Source: Prorocentrum cordatum (Eukaryota). Taken from it: DNA of 64,000 nucleotides. Where the stretch lies: the NCBI GenBank assembly GCA_963575745.1, contig CAUYUJ010000290.1, positions 1-64,000 of the forward strand, written 5' to 3'. The notes beneath the pieces were generated by a model that did no database searches, was not told the origin of the DNA, and saw only the letters and a list, made by a program, of their open reading frames with translations. The translations under genes and the position numbers were made by a program. This document shows, piece by piece, positions 53,801 to 62,800 of the stretch (position 1 is the first letter of the stretch; each line of letters begins with the position of its first letter).

Positions 53801-56800
53801 AGTCGCCCTCCGCACACGGGCGTCTGCGGTGGCCGTGAGGTTAAGCGCGGCTGGAGCCGGCGCTGCCTCGGCGTTGATGTAACTCCCGACGAGCTTGAAG
53901 GAATCGACCACTCGGAGGGGGCGATCCGCCAGTGTGAGCTGGGTGACGGCGGCGTGCAGCTCATCGGTGAGCGCCCACCCTGCCACTTTACCAGGGTGAA
54001 TGCGTTGACCGGAGAATCGGTCAAACTTGGCGGTTTCGTCGAGAGATTTCTGCAGCTCAGGAGCGGTGTGGGTAGTGGAGTTGCTGTCGTCAACGAAGGT
54101 AGTGCTGAGTGATCGAGGAACGTATCGGTGCTGCCTCTTTGTCCACACGCACATGAGCAGCTTGATGTCATCCAGGGACCACGAGCTGCCCTGGAGGTGA
54201 CCGTTTGTCCTGGCCAGGTCCCTGGAGTACGCTCCGTTCATGCGGATGTAGCGTTTGTGGTGTCTGTAGAAGTTTCGGCGGACAGTAACGATGTCTTGTG
54301 GGCACCCCGCGTGCAGCGCAAGGTTTAGACAGATGTCCGTGATGAGGTAGTCGAAGCACTTCTGTCGGTCAAGGGCTGCTCCAGCTAAGGGGAGGAGTAA
54401 AGTCCTGGCGTGTTCGATGCGCAGGGCGAGAGACGTGCTGACATCCCCAATGGTGGCTTTGGGAACGGCGCCGAAGCTCGTGGCATGAGTCCATCCTTGC
54501 CGCCAGGTCGTGAGGCTACGGTAGGCCGGCGCCTCCCACGCATACATCCACACGGAAAGAACCGAGAGAAGCCGTTGGTCCGTCGGGAGTTCCCCTCGGC
54601 CTTTTCGGAGGCACGGGTTTGGCACGTGCAGGAGGGGCTCGGGGATGGTGCCAGTGCGTTGCATAGCACGTAAGACGCTGGCGAAGAGGCGAAGGATGTC
54701 GTCGGGTAACTCCTTTGCCTCCTTGGTCGTCCAGCCGTCGAGTCCCCCCGCGCGGCGCGGTGAACGGGTGCGAATGAAGTGGATGAGTTGGTCGTCGGTA
54801 AGGTGGAAGGGGGCTGCTGGTGATGGCGTAGGCAGCTCTTGGCGGTATTCGTCGTAGAAGTCCGCCCACGTCGGCATAGCTTCGGCGTCATGGCCCGCGC
54901 GAGCGCGGTACGTGCCCAGGATGGGCTCCCAGGTGTCGACCATGAGCTTGAGCATGTCTTTGGTGTTGGCAACGATAGCGTTGGCGGGGAGGGCGTCGGG
55001 AACCTGGGCTGGTAGTGGGCCACGAATGGGGCCGTCGTCGTTGTCCGTGTCGGGCGAGCTACCGTCGCCGGGGCTGAAGCCGCCGGCGTCGGTGTCGGCG
55101 TCACTGTCGTCCGTGCTAGCTTGGTCAGGGTTGAAGGCGGTGATGTCGCAGTGGAGCTGTGCATCGTCGGGAGTGGTAGGCGTGCGGAGATACGCCGTGG
55201 GCGAGCAGTCGGCAGCCCGTGCGTATATGGCCGCCTTTCGCCCGCTTGGCTCGCGGACGCCCTCAGACCAGATCTTGATGCGTTCAGCTTTGGCTCGGTT
55301 TGCACGTCGCGCCAGCTCCGAGTCTAGATTTTGGATCAGACGATCGAGCTGCTCTCCGCGTGGCGCTGGCACGTCGGGGGTCCAGGCGTCAGGAAAGGCC
55401 AGGAGGGCCGTGGGGCGCAGCTTGTGGCAGAGAAGGCGGGCCGCGGCCCACGTGCAGTCGATGCGTTGCGCCAGGTGCGGCGGGATAGCACGGCAGTCCA
55501 TATGATGGTGCAGTCCGATGAAGCGAAGCTCGCAAAGTTGCCGATGGAGCTTGCGAAGGCGGTTCATGTGAATCGTGGAGGCTCCGTAGGTGGGAAAGGC
55601 GCGGGGGACAGCGGGTCGCTCCTCGAACGTGGGTGTGAGCCCGTGCATGGTAGGGGCCTTTTTTGGGTGGTCTGGCGGTGGGGGCGGCAGGTCCCGCAGC
55701 CGGGTGAGATGGTACTCATGGCTGGCCTCGTTTGCCAGGGCGAACATGCGTTCCACATCGTCACGTGCGCCAGCCTGCTCTATGCGGTCGTGGTATCGTC
55801 CGGCGATGTGGGTCCCTAGTGCCTGGAGTTCGTGGTCCTCATGAGCTCCGTCGTTTGGAGGGTATGGCGTGGGGGCCAGAAGGCGTGGGGCCGTGTGATC
55901 GAGGCGGCTTAGGTCGAGTGTGACCTGCAGGCCAACATGGGACTTCGCTGGCAAGTCACGCAGATAGCAGAAGTCGGTGACAAGGGATCGCGCAGCTTGG
56001 TTGGCGATGACATAGTCGATGCGCGAAGTGCGGGGGCACTTGGTGACGCGGTCCCAGTCAGGGATATTGCCATATGTGTGCATGGTGTGGTCTGGTGTGC
56101 CTTCAGCGACGTTGGACCATCCGTGCTGCATCATGTGCAGCAGGTGTGGATTGTCGTCGATGTTCGTGTTGGCGTCCATACAAATGAAATACGGGGCTGA
56201 GCCGACCCTCGCGGCGGCGCAATCAGCAAGCCGAAATATATCGGTGCTGTCCCCTCCAGCGACCCCGTAGAGGCTCGCAATGTAGATCCCAGCGGGACCG
56301 TGGTTGTTTCGTCGCCGCCTGCGGCGGTGCTGGGTGCAGAGCGGGAGGAAGACCTCGTGCCATCGTTTCTTGGCCTTGAGGGTGGCGATACAGGTCGCAA
56401 TGTCGTCGACGGTGGAGTCGACGATGGCGTCCTTAGAGAGGATGGCAACCCCGCCCGAGGCGCCGGTGTTGCCCTCGACCGTGTGGTCCGTGCCACCGTG
56501 AGCAGCTTTGCGCTGGGCACGCGCCAGGTCCAGGTCAGGTCCCAGACTGGCCTGGTATCCTCCGTGGTGTGGATTGGCGGCGTTGGTGGCGATGGCTTGC
56601 CTGGTAGGCTTGGCATGACGGGTCTCCTGCAGCGCTATGACTGCGGCGTTGTGGTCGACACCTAGGGCGGTAATGGTTGGCCAGTTCGCTGGAAGACTCG
56701 TGATGTTGAGGCTGACGAGGTGGATGGAGCGACCTGGCCCATCTCCGTCGGTGGAGCTGGGGTTAGCACGCCCCGCACGGTGGAGGGCGGCCTGGCCGTC

Positions 56801-59800
56801 ACCCAGGTAGGAGGCTTGGCCACAGTAGGAGCTCATGGCGTCGCAGCAGATTGGCTTGGACGGGGCTGAAGCCGCCGTCGGGCCAAAAATGTAGGCAAGG
56901 CATGGTCGACGCTGCGCCGGGGGGGGTTCATAAACATCGGCAAAAATGCATCGAAAAAACCTCCTCACTCCTGTACCGTGGGGGGCGGATCCTCGATCCA
57001 TCCTGCCGAGCGCAAGAGCAAAAGCAAACCAGCGGCGGCAGCGCGGCGCGGCAGCGGCGCAGCGCGCGCGCGAATACTGCGCACGCGACACCGCTGGTCC
57101 GTCCTGCGGCGGCGCGCCCGCCCCGTCAGTGCCGTGATGAGCAGCATCAGCTGGAACAGCTTGTTCGTGTGCGCCCTCCGCGCTCGCCTCGGGCGGTGGG
57201 CCCTGTGGCAGCGGCGGCGCACGCCCTGCCAGCGCGTCAGCCACTAGCTGGGCGTGGCGAGCGGCGCGGTCGGTGGCCTGGCGCTGGGCCTCGTCCATGC
57301 CCGCCGCCGTGAGGCTCGCGTTGCGGACAGGGCTGACTCCACGCGGGGCCGCCGCTGCCGCGGCAGCGGCAGAGGTGGCGGGGGCGCCGCCGTGGCTCTG
57401 AGGAGACAGCGGTGAGCCGCCGCCGAAGCCCGCCGCGAGGTCCTTGACGGAGTACTTGTGCTTGTAGGGGTCGAAGGTCGGCGCCTCGTCGGGGGCGACG
57501 ACGCGGGTGAGCGGTGGCAGCTCCTGGTCCGTGGACGGCGTCGGCTCGAGGTCGACCTCGTTAGGGTCTTTGGCGCCGGCACCGAAACGTGGCACCACCT
57601 CGGGGGCTTGGGCGTCAGCCTGAGTCTCGCGGGGCGGCGAGCTCGTGGAACTCCCAGGGGGCTTGCGCGAGCTGTGGCGGCTGCTGGGCCGGCTGCGCGG
57701 GACGCGCCCGCCCGTGTGGCGGTCACGTGGCGAGGCCGCCTGGGCGTTGGCGCGCGCAGAGTCCGCCCTGCTCGGGGAGCGGATCGGCGCTGCGCTGGGT
57801 GCTGGGCTGGGCGGGCGGGAGCCGCCTGTGCCGCCCGCCGCCGAGGCTGCAGCCTGGTCAGGGTCGGCGGCGTCAGGCCGGGGGCTGACGCGGTGGGCAC
57901 TACCCTCGCTGTGCCGCGGGGAGGCGCTGTGGTGTGCCTGGGTGTGCGTGAGGACGAGCGGGACGAGCGGCTGCCGCTCGCGCTCAGGGGGGGCGGGCTT
58001 TGCCTGGGCAGGGCGCTGCGCTGCGGCCACGTTTGGCGGGGGCGTGTGTTGGCGCGGTTGCCAGGCGCGCACGTTCGCCTCGCGCCATCCTTCGGGGCGC
58101 CCTGTCCTGCCGCGGCTTGGTGCAGCCCCCTGGGCTGAAGCCGCAGGGGGTGCCGCTGCGGACTGGTTGCTGGCGGTGCTGTCGTGGCGGCCTGGGTAAT
58201 GGCCCCAGGCACGCGTGGACCCTGGCGCGGGCGAGGTGGCCCGTGGGGGAGCCTGCGCGAGTGCGCGCGGGTAGCCGACGACCGCTGGGTGCACCCTGGC
58301 GTGGGGGACGTGGCCGTAGCTGGAGGCGGCTGCCCCTGCCGCCGCGGGCCTGGCACCAATGGGGCCACGGTGGTAGGCGGCGCCTCCGCCGTACACCGCT
58401 CTGTCGCCTGTCGGGACGCGCGCGGGAGAGCGGTTGCGTGGCGTGCTCGGCTGACCTGCGTCGCGTTGGTCGCGCTGCTGGGTGCGCTGCTGGTGCTGCT
58501 GGTAGCGCTGTTGGTCGGCTCTCGAGAGCGGGCGGGTGTCGGGGAGGATGGGCGGCACGTCGGGCCGCCGCCAGCCCTGGTAGACGTGCTCGAAGGCGTG
58601 GTCTGGGTAAGTCTCCCCGTCAGGTGAGTAGCGCCGTACATGCTCCACGAAGTCAATGTTCTGCGGCTCGGGGAGCACCGTGATGTTCACAGCCCGCTGG
58701 TGCGCTGGTCCATAGAGACAGAAGCTACCACGGTTGCTGCGGTCGTGGTTCAACTCGGCTTCGGTCGTGGCACGACTCACCATGGCGTCACAGAGGCGCA
58801 TGTCGTAGTCGAGAGCTTGAGGCCCAGGGCCGCCCTCGGCATCCCAGTACAGTACCACATCCCGCCAGCGCGTGCGGGTAGTGTGGATGCGCTCGGCGAT
58901 AGACTCGCAGACGGTCCTGACTGTGACACGATCCCTGTACATGTTGGTGATGGCTAGGGAGTAAGGTCGGCGCACCGCTTTGTTGAAGATGAAATCTTCC
59001 TTGAGGGCCTGGTGCGGGCCGAAGAGCACGTAGCCTTCCTTCCACAGCGGTTGGTCGGGAGACGGGTCTTCAGGCATCCCCGTCCCTGTGAACCCTGGTG
59101 GCCGCCTCGTGCCGTCGGGCAATCCCTGCTTGGGGACGCGACGCGGCCTCGGTGGTAGATACCATTGGCCCTGGTATCCTGCTTGGCCTGGTTGCGGAGG
59201 CTCCCCCCCGGGGCCTGAAGGCGCTCGGGGGGGCTCCATGAGGTCGTGCTGGGCTGGCGCGTTGCCGTATTGGCGGGCGAGGATGTGCGGAGGCATCCCT
59301 GTGGCACGGACGTCGAACAGGCTGTGCGGACGAGGCGGATGTGGGCATCTGCTGGAGAGGCAGCATGTGTCGGCGGCCCTGTCGTCGGTGCTGTACACGC
59401 ACGTCCAGCTGTTGCAAGAGTAGTCCGTGGACCAGTCCATAGGTGCACGCAGTCCGCTGAGGGAGCAGTCCGGGCACGTCGGTTGGCCCGAGGTGCCGAG
59501 CTGCGTGTTGCGGCGGGCAGCACAATACTGGCAGCATTGGAATCGGCACTGTAGGCAAATCCAGCGTCCTGGTAGGGGCGGGAACGCTTGCTCGTCGGTG
59601 ACTGCGTCGTCTGGGTGGGGTCGGGGTCGATCCCACAAAGGCCAGACGTCGGCGAACCAGGACTGGCCTGTAGTGCGGACCGCCTCCGCGGGGAGGCGAG
59701 CGTCGTCAGCATGGCGCTGGATCCACTGGGGCCCCAGGTCCGCTGCGATCATGACCGTGCGCCAAGTGTCGTCCGCCTTGACGTGGACTTGGGTCGGTGC

Positions 59801-62800
59801 CCAGAGCCTGGTGGTGGTGTCGCCGTGGTCGTGGTGAAGGATGACCCAGCCATCGCGACCCGCAACCGCAGGGTCAGTAACGCGGTGGCCCACAACGGTC
59901 GCCCCCCACGGTAGGTAGGCGCCATCGTGATGCTCGCCTGGGTCGAGCCAGACCTCGACGCCAGGGGCGTTCACACGGGACCGCACATCGCGGACGTGGA
60001 AGGCGAGGACGTGGTAGGCGGTCGGCTCCTCTTCCGTCTCGATGTGCTCCCACGTATCGATGTCGCTGCTGTCAGAGGCGGAGTTTCCGCCGCTCTGCCG
60101 TGACGAACGTGAGGCGGAGCGCCGTGAGCGAGCATGGCCTCGGGCGAGGGCGGCGGCCGCGCTGATAAGGGACGGCGTACGGCGGTCGTCGGCTCCCGAT
60201 GCCGTCGGTGAGCGGTCTGGACTGTGTCCCGAGGCGGCACCTGGCTGAGAGGTGTGCGATGGGCCAGACGCGGCCCCAGGGCTGGAGCCGCTGGGGCGCG
60301 GCGCTCGTACGTCAGACTGCCCCCGCTCGGGTACAGCCTGCGCCGTGGCAGTGTACACCAGGTCGATCAGTGGCTGCGGGTCCAGCTGGAGCTTGCGAAG
60401 CGAGGCACGCGGACGGGGCTGGTTGGGGTCGGCCCTGGTGGCTGCTTCGGTGTCGTAGTGCTGTGTAGCCCATGCTCGCGCTGCCTCTGGCGAGTATAGT
60501 GCCTGTGGCGGTGGCCACGCTGCCGCGGTGTCCAGCCGGCGCCAGATCTTTGCCTCCTGGTCGCGGGCTTCAGCCGCCTCGCGGAGGTCTGGGTGATCGA
60601 AGCCGGCAATGTGGAGGGCGTGCGTGCAGTCGCCCATGCCACAGGTGTGCGGGAGGGCACGGCACCTGGAGGCAGCTTCGGTGGGGGCACACCAGTCCAT
60701 GCGGATGAGGAGGCCCAGGACCCGTGGGTAGATGAGGCGCGCTCCGTGAGCCTCCCCGTTCACGAAGTTGTGCCAGTTCTCACCGCGCGGCGGTTTGGTA
60801 GCCTCGCACATCCAGAGCGCGATGGGTCCCCAGGCGAGGGTGTCGTCTTCGAGGCTGCGGGGCGGGTGAGGCGGCACCGCGTACCACGCGGCCAGCGACG
60901 GGTGCACACCCACGTACGTGCGGTCGACATTTGTGGCGGTTCGGCCCTTCGCTTCACGGCGGGGGCCCGGCAGGAGGTGACCTCCGTTGAAAGCAAGACG
61001 GGCCGCAAGGTCGCCGCGGGTCCCGTGCCAGAAGACCGTGGGCGTGTCAGTGGTAGGAGCACGGAGGTCCCACGTGAGGTAGGGGAAGATCGTCTCGCCT
61101 GAGTTCCCGCCCGAGTCTTCCAGCACCCAAGTGAGTCGGTTCGGGGGCCTCTGCATGATGTCAGTCCACGGCGCCAACGCTTGGAGCGTTGGGTCATGGG
61201 TGAATCGAGGATGGTCGTGGAGTCGCAGGGCGTCTTCGATGTCCTCCGTGGTCACGCCACTGTTACCAAGCGCAAAGCCGTTCTGGTACAGGGAGGTGAG
61301 GATGCTCGTCGGCGGGACGGGGACCGCTGGGTCGCGCTGGATGGTGCTGCGTAAGTTGCGCGTCGGTGGCCAGAGGGCTGGGTGGGGCGTACCAGGGCCT
61401 GAAGGCGCCTGGGGCCTGGCGGGTGATGCGTGGCGTGCTCGCCGTCGTGGTGGTTGGGTGTCCATGTCGGAGGAGGAACCACGGGCGTTGCTTGCATCCG
61501 CTTCGTCGTCGGGCGCTCCGTGCACGCCGTCGCCGTCGAGGGCGCGCTCACGTGCTTCACTTGCCTCGGCGTCGGTGGCCTGAGCTGCGTCGGCTTCGTG
61601 AGTCGGCGGGTTACCAGAGGCCGCGCCGCTTGTGGGGCCGTCTCGCGGGGACGGGCTGGTCGACCGTGGCGTGACAGACGAGGCTCGCGATACCGCGGCA
61701 GTGACTTCAACGATGGCGGCGGTGGTGGCGGTGGTGACATCGGCGACTGCGGCGGCAACTGCAGCGGCGTAGTGTTCCTGTAGCAGCGGGTGTCGAAGGG
61801 GATGCACGTGCTGGCTCTCGGGGTCGTCGGGATGCGTGCGCGGAAGCGTGTGTGGGGCCTCATCGCGCGGGCTCCTGATCGGTTGGCAACAGCGGAGGCA
61901 CCACTGGGCCGTGGGTGAGTCCAGGACGCGCGCACAGATGCGGGCTCCTACGTGTCCGACGGCTCCTTGAGCGAGAAGTTTGGCGCCGACCAGGAGGAGA
62001 CCGCAAACCACTCCGCCTGTGGCGATAGCTCCGAGTTTGCCGCTGGCCCATTTCAGGGCGCCCCAGAGGCCAGACCCGACTGCGCTGGCTCCGCCCGAGA
62101 CAGTGTCCCTGAGTTTGGCGCTGGTCCACCTGAGAAGACCCCTCAGGGCGGTCGCGGCGTCGTATGCTATTGTGCGTCGGGGCGTAGTGGACACGGATGG
62201 GCCTGGTGCCGCAGCTTCACGGCGTCGTCGCTGCCGGTAGCTGGGGTCTCGGCTCGGCGTCGGCAGGTGCCCGTCGATCTGGTCCTGGTACGGCATGGCT
62301 ACCAAGATGGCGTACGTGACCGCGAAGAGGCAGATGAGACAGCCGCAGCGTCGAGAGGCCGCTGCGCTGTGCGGGGCCTCATGGGAGCCGCTGGCGTCGG
62401 GGTCCGCGTCCTCGATGGGATCGTTGTCGAGGCCAGCCTGCCAGTGGTCGACGGGGCTGGAGTTGGAGTCAGTCGAGTTAGCTCGGCGGACAAGGGTGCG
62501 GGACGGGGTCCTGCCACCTGAGGTCTGAAGACGCCCAGGTCCAGCCAGTGCTGCAGCGGGGCTGAAGCCGCCACTGCGCGGGCTGGTGGGAGCTGGCGGT
62601 GCGGTGGCATGGCCTGGCTCGTCGGCGGCGGTGGCACCTTCGGCGTCGCTGAGCTGTGCGCTGGGGTCGGCCTGGGCCGAGTTGTTGGGCGCACTGCTGC
62701 GCGACCGGGAGCGCCCTGTGTGGGGATCGCTGTCACGGTCGCGCTGGGCAGCGTCACTTGGCGGTGGCGTGCCGTCGGGGTCCTGGGTTTCCGTGTCGTG

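Noticed and set aside
56740..56810. Possible 2A-like NPGP ribosome-skipping motif before the LINE endonuclease
   Set aside because: The sequence reads RAGRANPSS and lacks the DxExNPGP consensus
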